In this document: positions 46,679-56,840 of the stretch, piece by piece
How positions within the stretch are numbered: position 1 is the stretch's first letter
Layout: every line of letters begins with the position of its first letter
Assembly: GCA_965231015.1 (NCBI GenBank)
Contig: OZ246408.1
Span: forward strand, 686,595-750,594
DNA from: an uncultured Gammaproteobacteria bacterium
GTDB taxonomy: Bacteria > Patescibacteriota > Patescibacteriia > UBA9934 > CAZDDW01
Length of the DNA stretch: 64,000 nucleotides
Direction: 5' to 3'
Translations under genes and position numbers: made by a program
The notes under the pieces: generated by a model
What the model was told of the DNA's origin: nothing
What the model saw: only the letters and a program-made list of their open reading frames with translations
Database searches by the model: none

Positions 46679-47672
46679 ATTGTTCTGTATAATATTTTTC
46701 ATAGTCACCCGAACAGATCTCATCAACCCAATCCTGATGATCCAAATACCAATCTACGGTCATTTTAAGTCCGGTCTCAAGGTCGATTTCTGGTTCCCAA
46801 CCGAGCTCCTCTTTGGCTTTGGAATAATCGATTGAGTAACGAGCGTCGTGTCCGGCCCGGTCCTTCACAAACTCAATCATATCTTCACTCTTACCCATGA
46901 CCGAAATTAATTTCTTGGTCAGTTCAATGTTCGGTAATTCAGAATCCTTACCACCTAAGCAATAGGTTTCCCCAATCCGACCCTTGTGAATAATTGCGTC
47001 AATTCCCTTGCAGTGATCAAGCACGTGAATCCAATCCCGAATCTGAAGACCCTGACCATAAACCGGCACCTTCTTTCCATCTTTTAAATTCGAGATAAAC
47101 AACGGCAACACTTTTTCCGGGAACTGATATGGACCATAGTTGTTGGAACAATTGGAAATTGTAATCGGCAATTCGTGAGTTTGGTGATAAGCCCGTACTA
47201 AATGATCCGACCCGGCCTTGCAAGCCGAGTACGGGTTTCGCGGCGCGTACTTGGTCTCCTCATTAAACGGCGGATCATTTGGTCCCAAAGCTCCGAACAC
47301 CTCATCGGTCGAGACGTGATGAAATCGTTTACCATGCTTGAGAGCTGCATCAAGCAACACAAGAGTTCCAAGCACGTTCGTCATCACAAACGGCCGAGCG
47401 TCCATAATCGATCGGTCCACATGTGACTCTGCTGCAAAATGAACAACGATATCAACATCTTTAACAAGATCAAAAACCAAATCACGATCAGTGATATCAC
47501 CCTTCACAAACTTGTAATTCGGATTATTCTGAACCGATTCTAAGTTGCGCAAGTTGCCACAATAAGTCAAAGAATCCAGGTTTACAATTTCGTAATCCGG
47601 ATACTTCGCAAACATGTGCAAAATAAAATTCGATCCAATAAACCCTGCCCCTCCGGTCACTAATAATTTCAT
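46656..47672 (-). CDS. rmlB: dTDP-glucose 4,6-dehydratase
   Basis: TGGAGFIGSNF, AAESHVDRSI, STDEVFG, YSACK, NNYGPYQFPEK. Confidence 0.96.
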   Translation of the reverse strand: MKLLVTGGAGFIGSNFILHMFAKYPDYEIVNLDSLTYCGNLRNLESVQNNPNYKFVKGDITDRDLVFDLVKDVDIVVHFAAESHVDRSIMDARPFVMTNVLGTLVLLDAALKHGKRFHHVSTDEVFGALGPNDPPFNEETKYAPRNPYSACKAGSDHLVRAYHQTHELPITISNCSNNYGPYQFPEKVLPLFISNLKDGKKVPVYGQGLQIRDWIHVLDHCKGIDAIIHKGRIGETYCLGGKDSELPNIELTKKLISVMGKSEDMIEFVKDRAGHDARYSIDYSKAKEELGWEPEIDLETGLKMTVDWYLDHQDWVDEICSGDYEKYYTEQYVDREQN

Positions 47673-47674
47673 AT

Positions 47675-48091
47675 CTACTTTTTTAATTCTTCACGAATCA
47701 TATTGGCGTGGGCTTCGATTTCCTCTGCAGTTGCTTCCTGTGAACCCCACATGGCTTTTCCGTCTTCTTCAGACCGCGGAATAATGTGAATATGGGTGTG
47801 AAATACAACTTGCCCGGCTTCCTTGCCGCAGTTATTTGAAAAAACACAAGCCGGCATACCTGCGGCTTTCATGACAGCCGGAGCAATCTTTTGAGCCACA
47901 TTGAGAACTTTTCCGGCGAGCTCAGGCGGAGTTTCTAAGATATTCTCGTGATGTTTTTTTGGAATAACGAGTGTATGGGCTGGAGCAGTTGGAAAAATAT
48001 CCATGAAAGCCAAAACATCATCGTCTTCATAGACTTTTTGAGACGGAGCCTCACCGGCTACGATTTTACAAAAAATACAGTCATCTGACAT
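47675..48091 (-). CDS. HIT family nucleotide hydrolase
   Basis: CIFCKI, GQVVFHTHIHIIPR. Confidence 0.93.
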   Translation of the reverse strand: MSDDCIFCKIVAGEAPSQKVYEDDDVLAFMDIFPTAPAHTLVIPKKHHENILETPPELAGKVLNVAQKIAPAVMKAAGMPACVFSNNCGKEAGQVVFHTHIHIIPRSEEDGKAMWGSQEATAEEIEAHANMIREELKK

Positions 48092-48108
48092 AAAACCGAG
48101 ATTAATTT

Positions 48109-48477
48109 CTAGTCACTTGATCTTAACACACCAACAACAGCCAAGGGAAGGATAAAGGCAATCAAAACTGCCATAAATCTATATTCCTCTAAATTTAGCC
48201 CAATATTCCAAACGATAATTGCGGCAATAATGCCCAAAAATAAGGCTAGTGCATAATTCCAGAACCTGTGATCCTGTGTTTCTTTTTCAACCACCATCCA
48301 CCAAATACCGAACAAAAGGCTTGTCAACAACCACCAGTGCACGGACATATAGTTTGAAACAAGTCCGGGCTTGATTACGTCCGCCAGCCAAAACCAAAGA
48401 TAAGCGACTACACTGACGATAAAACCCGTTCGGGCAATTGTTTCTTGATAATTATTCTTTTTAGTGAACCAACCCAT
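48109..48477 (-). CDS. Small four-TM membrane protein
   Basis: Hydrophobic ORF in operon. Confidence 0.7.
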   Translation of the reverse strand: MGWFTKKNNYQETIARTGFIVSVVAYLWFWLADVIKPGLVSNYMSVHWWLLTSLLFGIWWMVVEKETQDHRFWNYALALFLGIIAAIIVWNIGLNLEEYRFMAVLIAFILPLAVVGVLRSSD

Positions 48478-49933
48478 ACCACAATTCTTTTACTTCTTGT
48501 TTTGCTTTTTGCCAGGTCAGTGGATCACGGTACAGAACCGCATTTATTTCACTGACCCAAACATCTTCTTGTAAGTCCTTGATTCCGGCGACCGAAATAG
48601 TTAACTTCCAAGCATCCTCTATTTTCACCAGCCACGAAGTATCAAACTCAGCTGTATCATGATACCAACCATCAATCAACTCGGGTGACTCATATTCAGC
48701 AATGATATAATCGACCCCTAGACGATCCAAATCAATATTCCAATTAAGCCGGACCGGATCAGGGTTGAAGTACTGAGCAGCTGAAAAAGCTATATGTCCA
48801 TCCGAATAAACAATCAGGTCCCCCTGCGGCGAATAGACTTCCACCACTCCATCTGAGAGTACTTCATGCGAGTATTCTTCATACGGATTAGGAATGCGGA
48901 CCAGCTCACCTGCCACTCTGACTTCTTGAGCTCCGTCGGCGTGATGCGTCATAAACTCCAAGTTTTTTGCTTCAGTCCAAAAACGCACTTCTCTGTCTTC
49001 CGGCATATAACCCACCTCATCGGCCAGATAAACATTGTTCAAGAAAACAATCTTTTGTTGTGTGGTAGTCAAAGTGCGCCAGAAAATATCCCGCCCCACC
49101 CGCAGCTCAACCTTGTAAACTCCCTCGGGAAGATCTGGAACCAAGACATGGATGTGCTCGAGTCCTGATGGTACGGCATCATCGGTTTTATTACCATCAT
49201 CCAGTGACGAAACTTGGTGCACTAATTCACCGGCTTCATTAGTAATCAAGATGTTGATTGAGTCTCCCTCTTTATCCCGATTCATATCCATGTATGTAAA
49301 ATCGAGATTTAAATTTTCATCTTTGATATATGTTTTAAATTCATGAAAACCACGCAACGAAACGTCAACGGTTCGAGAAATAGAACTAGGTATGTAAGTG
49401 GGGATCAAATATGGAGTTGTGAGTTGGTAGTGATACGTAGCAATTTTAGATCGATCCGGGGGGCTGGTGACGAAAGAATCAATCGACTCATAAGTTCGAT
49501 CTCGTTGCAGTAAAACAATCCCGTTTTCTTCTGTTCGATCCCAATCAGATTCATCAATTAAGAGATTTTGAAGCGGAACCAAAAAATACTGCGAACCCTC
49601 TTCCCCGGCCAAGCCGCCAAGTTCTACAATTGGTACTCCATCATTTTGCCATACGAGCTCGAGTTCAAGAAAATCAAAATGCCGCGGCGGTTCCACCGTA
49701 AAATAAACCGGCTCATCAATGATCTGTTGGGCCCATTCCCCACTTGGTAACTTACTCGGAGGTAAAGCCCGAGCATCCGGTAAAATTCGATTGATAAAGG
49801 GCGACAGATGCTGGAGATCAAATCTTACCTCAAGCTGACCGGTTGGAACCAAATCTAACCAAAGCAGCCAACCAAAAATAACAATCGGAACAGCAACCAT
49901 GACGACTTGCAAAACTCGAATCAAAAACTTCAT
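48461..49933 (-). CDS. Membrane-anchored hypothetical protein
   Basis: N-terminal TM, long beta-rich ORF overlapping its neighbours in operon fashion. Confidence 0.7.
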   Translation of the reverse strand: MKFLIRVLQVVMVAVPIVIFGWLLWLDLVPTGQLEVRFDLQHLSPFINRILPDARALPPSKLPSGEWAQQIIDEPVYFTVEPPRHFDFLELELVWQNDGVPIVELGGLAGEEGSQYFLVPLQNLLIDESDWDRTEENGIVLLQRDRTYESIDSFVTSPPDRSKIATYHYQLTTPYLIPTYIPSSISRTVDVSLRGFHEFKTYIKDENLNLDFTYMDMNRDKEGDSINILITNEAGELVHQVSSLDDGNKTDDAVPSGLEHIHVLVPDLPEGVYKVELRVGRDIFWRTLTTTQQKIVFLNNVYLADEVGYMPEDREVRFWTEAKNLEFMTHHADGAQEVRVAGELVRIPNPYEEYSHEVLSDGVVEVYSPQGDLIVYSDGHIAFSAAQYFNPDPVRLNWNIDLDRLGVDYIIAEYESPELIDGWYHDTAEFDTSWLVKIEDAWKLTISVAGIKDLQEDVWVSEINAVLYRDPLTWQKAKQEVKELWYGLVH

Positions 49934-51600
49934 AACGCTTGGGTAATTTGATACAACGACTCTTCTTCAAAAGTTTGGATTAGATCAATTTTAAGACCAA
50001 ATTCAGCCAGTTTTCTATTATTTAAGTACTCTATATCCGTTTCCGGAAAAGTGATACCGTAATAATAAAGCTGTTGTCGAAGCACAATTTTTGGCATCAA
50101 ATGATAGGTCGCTTCATCACGCAATGGGTAACGCACCAAACGATCCGGCCAAAATATCTTGTCTGCCCTATCCACTATAATTATTGCATCTTCCTCGGTT
50201 AGCTCTAAAACCCGTGTCTTGATTTCGTTTGATTCTTGCAAGACTTGTCGGATCGATATCAGGCCGTCATCTGGAGCAAAAAAAGTACCGTTAACTCCGA
50301 GTGCAGTAACCAAGAACACAATAGCCGCAGATAGCCAGACCCTGGCGAGATTGGTTTTCATTTTACTGGCTAACCAATCAATAGCCGCGGCTCCAAAAAC
50401 CGTACTCATTACAAACAGGGGCAACCAATAACGAACGTAGGAATTAGCAATGGTGACTGAATTTGGGTCCGGGTTGTCATGAAAGATCCAACTGCCATAC
50501 ACAACCCCCAAAAACGCGGCGGCCACCGCAAAGGCGGCCATAAACGTAAATCGATGCCGAACTCGATTCGTGGCCAAGTTTTCGTTTTTGCATAAAAATA
50601 AAATTGGCGCTCCGAGCAACCCCAAAAGACTCATCCACCAAAAAAGTTTAAAACCATAATTGAATGAATTTTCTACTATGGCAAATTCGTGAATTTCATA
50701 CGGAAAAGGCTCTTCATTCAAAACCGTGACTTCCCCGGTTCTACTAATTTGAGACGGTTCTTCCACCTCCTCTGTTGTCGCAGATACAGTATATCCAAAA
50801 GTAAACGCCCCACCATATAAAGATTTATTAATAAAGAACAGTGGGGTGAGTAATAAAATTGCGGAAACAACAACTAAACCTAATCGAGTCCACTTGATGT
50901 GCCTTGCAAAAAAAATCACTACTACTAAAGCGGAAGGCAACAACCAGAAAAGCTCAGAAGTGCGAGTGAAAACCGCTGCTCCAAACATTATTCCGGCCAA
51001 CACATAATCAAGTGCATGGACCCAATCTCCCTCCTTTTTTCCAAAACGTTCAGCTAGCGGTCGTGTCACCAACCACCACAGTGCAAAAATTAAAAACGAA
51101 ACAAACAACACGTTGTGCATCATGGTTCGAGCAGTGTAATACCACCAAGCCGGGTGCACAGCCAACAATACTCCGGCCAAAAGCCCGATCCGAGGACTAA
51201 ACAAGCGCCTTATAACACCGTACCAAGCCAACACCGCCAAAGTGGCAATAAGGGGGGTCAAATAAAACATAGCCCCACTACCAACCGCCTTGCCGATTAA
51301 CCCATACAAAACCGGCAAGCCAAGAAAGCTGATCGGTACCAACCGTCCGGCCACGGACACCACACTGCGTGGATAAAGCATATCATTATAAATCAGGTTG
51401 GCCGGCTCATAAACATACAACCGAACCTGATCAACTACTTCATTGGCAAAAAACCAGTTAGCGGTTTCATCTGGTGAAACAAACATCTGTGGCATTCCAA
51501 AAACTAAAACAAGAGACGAAACAAAAAATACCGTCACTACCACGGCTAAAACCCATAATTCTTTTAATTTGTCGGCTTCGGCAAATAATCTAGATGCCAT
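49930..51600 (-). CDS. GT-C fold (ArnT/PMT-like, family 39) membrane glycosyltransferase
   Basis: SPDETAN after TM1, multi-TM, SYVRYWLP. Confidence 0.75.
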   Translation of the reverse strand: MASRLFAEADKLKELWVLAVVVTVFFVSSLVLVFGMPQMFVSPDETANWFFANEVVDQVRLYVYEPANLIYNDMLYPRSVVSVAGRLVPISFLGLPVLYGLIGKAVGSGAMFYLTPLIATLAVLAWYGVIRRLFSPRIGLLAGVLLAVHPAWWYYTARTMMHNVLFVSFLIFALWWLVTRPLAERFGKKEGDWVHALDYVLAGIMFGAAVFTRTSELFWLLPSALVVVIFFARHIKWTRLGLVVVSAILLLTPLFFINKSLYGGAFTFGYTVSATTEEVEEPSQISRTGEVTVLNEEPFPYEIHEFAIVENSFNYGFKLFWWMSLLGLLGAPILFLCKNENLATNRVRHRFTFMAAFAVAAAFLGVVYGSWIFHDNPDPNSVTIANSYVRYWLPLFVMSTVFGAAAIDWLASKMKTNLARVWLSAAIVFLVTALGVNGTFFAPDDGLISIRQVLQESNEIKTRVLELTEEDAIIIVDRADKIFWPDRLVRYPLRDEATYHLMPKIVLRQQLYYYGITFPETDIEYLNNRKLAEFGLKIDLIQTFEEESLYQITQAL

Positions 51601-52171
51601 AGGTGTATAAACTAATTATTGCAAAAACAATGGCCATATAAAAAATCGCTGCGGAAAACGGGATAAACAGATCAACCCCTAGCCACAGGGCAATCAACAA
51701 AGCCATCACACCCGACACTTGTAAACACATTTTAATCTTTCCCCAGGTATTGGCCTGCACTTTGAAGCCGTGTTGTTTTCTAATAAAGCCGCCTATGATC
51801 ATGATGATTTCTAAGACAATAATCACCAAGGCGAGCCACGGATTTATGTGCTGGGCAACGGTCACAATTAAGACTGTACTGATTAATAACTTATCTGCAA
51901 CTGGATCATAAATCGAACCCCAATCTGTTACCTGTTTGCGCAACCGAGCCAAAGACCCGTCAATCATGTCAGTTAATGCCGCTAGAAAAAATAACGGTAC
52001 TCCTAAGGCATAATTTTCCATAACAAGCAAAACCAAAACAATTGGAATCATAATCATGCGGACAACCGTAAAATGGTTGGGCCTAACCCATCTTGGAATA
52101 AGCGGTATTATGGTGTATTTAAGCAAATAATCATGCTTTTGCACCTTGTGTGGGTCAAAACCCTTCGACAT
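51590..52171 (-). CDS. pgsA: CDP-alcohol phosphatidyltransferase (PgsA-like)
   Basis: PNHFTVVR, DMIDGSLAR..G..YDPVADK. Confidence 0.88.
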   Translation of the reverse strand: MSKGFDPHKVQKHDYLLKYTIIPLIPRWVRPNHFTVVRMIMIPIVLVLLVMENYALGVPLFFLAALTDMIDGSLARLRKQVTDWGSIYDPVADKLLISTVLIVTVAQHINPWLALVIIVLEIIMIIGGFIRKQHGFKVQANTWGKIKMCLQVSGVMALLIALWLGVDLFIPFSAAIFYMAIVFAIISLYTYGI

Positions 52172-52190
52172 ATGCTAAAATGGAAACACT

Positions 52191-54293
52191 ATGAATATCT
52201 TTTCTACCCCTAAATATACCAGTTTTTCCGTAGTTTTTCTATCCCTGTTTGTCTTAAATCAGTACAATTTTGAATCTCCGGTTTTGGGGGTGGTTCTCTG
52301 TTTTGCTTTTTTTATCTATTTTGGGTCCGCCCTGGGCTGGGCCATCTTGCCCCGAGAAACATTTTTGCACCGCTCTTGGGCCGGTGGACTGCTTCTTGGT
52401 TCAATCATCATGATCCTTGGTTCAGCTTTCTACTACCTCTTTGTTATCACTCCGGACATCTGGACCCTTCTGGTTCTACTGACCCCGCCACTAGTATTTC
52501 TGGCCTACCGTCACCGCCACCGCACCCACGACACTCTGCGCTCCTGGCATCACCATGTACCAACAAGTACTATCACCCTGATTATTGTGGCTTTGCTTGC
52601 CTTGGTGATAGCGTTTGCGATTATTTCTGAAGCACAGATCTTCGATGCCATACGGACACCATGGGAGCAAATCCCAACTGTGGTATTCATCCCAATTTTT
52701 ACAGCCTTACTATCTTTGACCACCTTGCTGCTGCGTGGACGCGAACGTGCCTTCACTCTGCCATTGATTATGGCTGTACTTTTTCTGGTTGTTTCTGTAG
52801 CAGCCCTTGTTTACCCAATCGGCTATGGCTTTGACACCTTTATTCATCGTGCCACTGAAACCCACATTGCCCTGGAAGGATCAATCACCCCAAAGCCTTT
52901 TTACTACATTGGACAATATTCTCTGGTTTTGTTTTCTAGCCAAGCTTTTCATTTACCACTTGAATCGGTCGACCGAATTCTCTTGCCCCTACTCGTTGCC
53001 ATACTACTACCACTGGCCTGGTACTTTGCTTTTTATCATCTGACAGCGAATCGTCGCGCCAGCATGTTCTCTCTCATGGCTCTATTCTTTGTTCCTCTCT
53101 CTGGTTTTATCGTGACTACACCTCAAGGTCTAGCCAACCTTTGGACTTTATTAATCATCCTTCTCTCGATTCCGATCCTTAAAGACAGTCGAGAAGTATC
53201 TCTGGTATCTTTGTTTGTAATAGGTGTGGCCGGACTGTTAATTCACCCCTTAGCCGGAATACCGATCATGTTGTATCTGGCTTTAATTGCCTCCGGTCCG
53301 AAAGCCAAGGAATCGCGCTGGCCCGGTTTTTCTAATTTAATTTTTTGGCTCCTGGCTATTACCGGAAGCATTGTTTTACCACTCGTCTTTATAATTAACG
53401 CAAAAATATCCGGGCTCAAGTTGAACTTCGACTGGTCACTTCTTGCACCAACCAATATTCTTGACTCCTTAAACTTGAGCTACTTTGTCGAAAACCGTTT
53501 TAGCACCCTACTTGATTTTGTTTACCTTTACGGCTTTAACACTTCTCTTATCTTAATCCTGTTATCTATTTCAGGCTGGTTTATTTACCGTCGGCAATTG
53601 GCCCGATCGTACCTTCTGCCTGCAGCCATGATTCTGATTCTGTTTATCAACTATGTGGTTATGCGCTCGGCTATTGATTTCTCCTTCCTGATTGACTACG
53701 AGCGTACCAATTATGCTGACCGCTTGGTACCAATGATGATGTTTTTTGCTGTTCCATTCCTGGGCCTAGCTTTCGTAGCACTTTGGCAACACTTACAAAA
53801 AAAACCAATTGTTCTACAGGCTTCGGCCTTGGTTCTGATTGCCGCCTTTGCCACGAGTGCTTTTTATCTAACCTATCCCCGAACTGACAATTATGTTACA
53901 AGCCATGGTTTTAATGTTGGTCAAGCTGACATCAATGCAGTGTATTCAGTTGATGAATCTGCGGCCGGACAGGACTACATTGTTTTGGCCAACCAGTCTG
54001 TTTCCGCGGCTGCGATTAATGAGTTTGGCTTTAAAAAATACTACGGTGAATATTTCTTTTACCCGGTTCCGACCGGAGGAACCATGTACGAACACTTTCT
54101 TAATATGAACGATGAGCCAACACATGAAAAAGCTGTGACGGCCATGGATTTGGCTGACGTTGATTGGCTCTATTATGTAGTCAATGAATACTGGTGGCAG
54201 GCTCCTCGGATCATTGAAACAGCCAAACGAAATGCTCATGCTTGGAGCAGTATAGACGCCGGAAAGGTATACATTTTCGAATACAGGCGTTAA
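52191..54293 (+). CDS. Polytopic membrane protein, probable GT-C glycosyltransferase
   Basis: Many TMs, GYGFDTFIH loop, IHPLAG, NYADR; soluble C-terminal domain. Confidence 0.55.
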   Translation: MNIFSTPKYTSFSVVFLSLFVLNQYNFESPVLGVVLCFAFFIYFGSALGWAILPRETFLHRSWAGGLLLGSIIMILGSAFYYLFVITPDIWTLLVLLTPPLVFLAYRHRHRTHDTLRSWHHHVPTSTITLIIVALLALVIAFAIISEAQIFDAIRTPWEQIPTVVFIPIFTALLSLTTLLLRGRERAFTLPLIMAVLFLVVSVAALVYPIGYGFDTFIHRATETHIALEGSITPKPFYYIGQYSLVLFSSQAFHLPLESVDRILLPLLVAILLPLAWYFAFYHLTANRRASMFSLMALFFVPLSGFIVTTPQGLANLWTLLIILLSIPILKDSREVSLVSLFVIGVAGLLIHPLAGIPIMLYLALIASGPKAKESRWPGFSNLIFWLLAITGSIVLPLVFIINAKISGLKLNFDWSLLAPTNILDSLNLSYFVENRFSTLLDFVYLYGFNTSLILILLSISGWFIYRRQLARSYLLPAAMILILFINYVVMRSAIDFSFLIDYERTNYADRLVPMMMFFAVPFLGLAFVALWQHLQKKPIVLQASALVLIAAFATSAFYLTYPRTDNYVTSHGFNVGQADINAVYSVDESAAGQDYIVLANQSVSAAAINEFGFKKYYGEYFFYPVPTGGTMYEHFLNMNDEPTHEKAVTAMDLADVDWLYYVVNEYWWQAPRIIETAKRNAHAWSSIDAGKVYIFEYRR

Positions 54294-54351
54294 TTTGGTT
54301 CAAAACGTAATATCTGTTAAACTGATAATCCTTAAAGAGTAACGATTTTTT

Positions 54352-54915
54352 ATGATTGAAATTAATCATGAGGTTCCCAACATTGAACTTGAGGCCTACC
54401 ACGGCAACGAAATTAAGAAACTTCATCTTAATGATTACCGTGGCAAATGGCTGATCTTGTTCTTTTATCCGGCTGACTTTACCTTTGTTTGTCCTACTGA
54501 ACTTGGTGAAATGGCCGATCTGTACGAAGAGTTTAAAAAAGCTGACGCCGAAGTTCTTAGTGTTAGTACTGACACAGTCTTCGTTCACAAGGCCTGGCAT
54601 GACGAGTCCGAGACAATAGGTCGAATCGAGTTTCCAATGGTAGCTGATCCAACCGGTAAACTGTCACGTCAAATGGGAGTTTACATCGAAGACGAAGGTG
54701 TGGCCTTGCGAGGAAGTTTCGTGATTGATCCAGACGGCATTCTGAAGGCGTTTGAGATTCATGACAACAGTGTAGGACGATCCGCTACCGAGCTCTTGCG
54801 TAAACTCCAAGCGGCTAAATTCGTTCGCGAACATGGCGGCGAGGTTTGTCCGGCCAATTGGAAACCAGGTGGTGATACTTTGAAGCCAGGGCTCGACTTA
54901 GTCGGTAAAATTTAA
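54352..54915 (+). CDS. ahpC: 2-Cys peroxiredoxin AhpC
   Basis: YPADFTFVCPTEL, GEVCPANW. Confidence 0.95.
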   Translation: MIEINHEVPNIELEAYHGNEIKKLHLNDYRGKWLILFFYPADFTFVCPTELGEMADLYEEFKKADAEVLSVSTDTVFVHKAWHDESETIGRIEFPMVADPTGKLSRQMGVYIEDEGVALRGSFVIDPDGILKAFEIHDNSVGRSATELLRKLQAAKFVREHGGEVCPANWKPGGDTLKPGLDLVGKI

Positions 54916-54925
54916 GCTTAAAATA

Positions 54926-54955
54926 ACCTTAATTGTCCACGTGGTCAAATAAGGT
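54926..54955. repeat. 30-bp palindrome ACCTTAATTGTCCACGTGGTCAAATAAGGT
   Basis: Near-identical inverted copy at 58687-58716. Confidence 0.85.
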
Positions 54956-54963
54956 ACAAACAT

Positions 54964-55554
54964 ATGGAATACCAAACACAGAACTTCAATCATTTAATTG
55001 GTACGCCAGGTTTTTCGGACGAACTCCTTAAGAACCACTTTAAGTTGTACGAAGGATATGTGGCCAACACCAATAAAGTCATGGGGCTGATCAAGACACT
55101 AAGTATTGCTAGAAAACATGACACACCAGAATTTTCAGAACTGAAACGCCGGCTCGGGTGGGAATTCAATGGCATGCGTTTGCATGAGCTCTACTTTGAA
55201 AATCTGACTAAAGAATCTCAAGAACCTAATGCTGATCTGCCAATTGTACAAAACCTAATCGAGACCTATGGTGATTTCGGCAACTGGGAGCGTTACTTTA
55301 AAGCCACGGGATCTTTGCGAGGAATTGGTTGGGCAGTTATGTATTGGGACTCGATCGGACAAAGAACGCTTAGCATGTGGATCAACGAACATGATATCGG
55401 TCATCCGGCTGGCTGCACTCCGCTCCTGGTCATGGACGTGTTCGAACACGCTTTCTTGACCGACTATGGATTAAAGAGAACTGATTACATCGACGCTTTC
55501 ATGAAAGCGATTTACTGGGAAGAAATAAACCGACGATTCGAAGCTGTAAAGTAA
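54964..55554 (+). CDS. Fe/Mn superoxide dismutase (ChrC-like subtype)
   Basis: NHFKLYEGYV, NGMRLHELYFENL, GIGW, DVFEHAF. Confidence 0.9.
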   Translation: MEYQTQNFNHLIGTPGFSDELLKNHFKLYEGYVANTNKVMGLIKTLSIARKHDTPEFSELKRRLGWEFNGMRLHELYFENLTKESQEPNADLPIVQNLIETYGDFGNWERYFKATGSLRGIGWAVMYWDSIGQRTLSMWINEHDIGHPAGCTPLLVMDVFEHAFLTDYGLKRTDYIDAFMKAIYWEEINRRFEAVK

Positions 55555-55562
55555 TACAACAC

Positions 55563-55593
55563 AAAAAGATGGTCTTTATTGACCATCTTTTTT
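55563..55593. terminator. Bidirectional intrinsic terminator
   Basis: AAAAAGATGGTC-TTTATT-GACCATCTTTTT. Confidence 0.75.
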
Positions 55594-55655
55594 AATACAT
55601 CTTTTTCGTACCTACGAACAAACACCGTACCCCCTCTGGCTTGGTCATCAAAACT

Positions 55656-56840
55656 TCACCGAGTCAAACCTTTAAATACTCCCTCCATTTTATCCATATA
55701 ATACGTCATGGCAAATTGGCTAATGTCCATCCGGATTTCGTCTTGGGCGTCATACCATTCATCACGTTCCTCAAGTACCCAACCAAGCTTCTTTATCAAA
55801 TCTTGGCTCGAACATGGTTCGAATAAATAACCGTTCTCACCATCGTGAACCAGTTCTGGAATTCCCCCGATTCGGGAGGCCACTACCGGTACTCCACAAG
55901 ATAAACTTTCATAAATGACGGTTGGAGAATTCTCGTAGCAAAGTGAGGGAGCCACCAAACAATCACTCGACGCAAGCATGGCCGCCGCTTCTTCCTTGTT
56001 AAACCCACCAAAAAAACTAATCCGCGGATCCATTCGTGACGCTGTTTTTATCTCCTTGTCCATTGATCCTCGTCCAGCAATTGTCAACTCAAACTCAAGT
56101 CGACTATTAGTTAAAGCTTGAATTAAAAACTCAATTCCCTTATGCGTTTCAAGTGATCCCAAAAATAAAATTTTTAATACCCCCTGTGGGCGACGTCGTG
56201 TCTCTATTCCGAAATCCGGAGCTGGGTTTGGTAGCACGTAAGATTCAGTATTTGGGAAAAAACCTCGTTCTGAATGAAAATCGAGTAAAAACTGAGAGGG
56301 AGAAATAACCGCTGCCGGATTGCCAATCGCCCACTTGGCTACTTTTACGTATAGGTCGTGCAAAAAACCCTTATTCATCCAATTATTCTCTTCACCATAT
56401 ATCAATAATCCACTTGGTACCACCAATTGAACGTCATGCAAAACATGCACATGTGGAACGTGTTTTTGAAAAGCATGCGGAACGGATGAACCGAACCCCT
56501 TTAGGTTATGTGTCATAACAACGTCCGGCTTGATTTCTTTTAAAAGCTCAACAACACGCTTTTTGCTCTCTCGAGCCACTAAATCAAAGCCATGCCAAAG
56601 AAACCGTTTCCAGAACTTTTGCTGCCGATCTTCAAGAGTGTAATACAAGTTGGATGGCTTGAATCGATAAACTTTGATTCCCTCTTCAAACGTTTCCTCA
56701 CCCCCCCCTTCTGGCTGCGTGGTAATCACACTCACCTGATGCCCGCGCGACACAAAACCGCGCGCAATCCGGTGGGCGACGCGTTCCGCTCCTCCGCGAA
56801 CATGCGGTGGGTACAAATTAGTTATGATGCAAATTCTCAT
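55656..56840 (-). CDS. Glycosyltransferase family 4
   Basis: YPPHVRGGAE, HKG, PSLCYENSPTVIYES. Confidence 0.92.
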   Translation of the reverse strand: MRICIITNLYPPHVRGGAERVAHRIARGFVSRGHQVSVITTQPEGGGEETFEEGIKVYRFKPSNLYYTLEDRQQKFWKRFLWHGFDLVARESKKRVVELLKEIKPDVVMTHNLKGFGSSVPHAFQKHVPHVHVLHDVQLVVPSGLLIYGEENNWMNKGFLHDLYVKVAKWAIGNPAAVISPSQFLLDFHSERGFFPNTESYVLPNPAPDFGIETRRRPQGVLKILFLGSLETHKGIEFLIQALTNSRLEFELTIAGRGSMDKEIKTASRMDPRISFFGGFNKEEAAAMLASSDCLVAPSLCYENSPTVIYESLSCGVPVVASRIGGIPELVHDGENGYLFEPCSSQDLIKKLGWVLEERDEWYDAQDEIRMDISQFAMTYYMDKMEGVFKGLTR

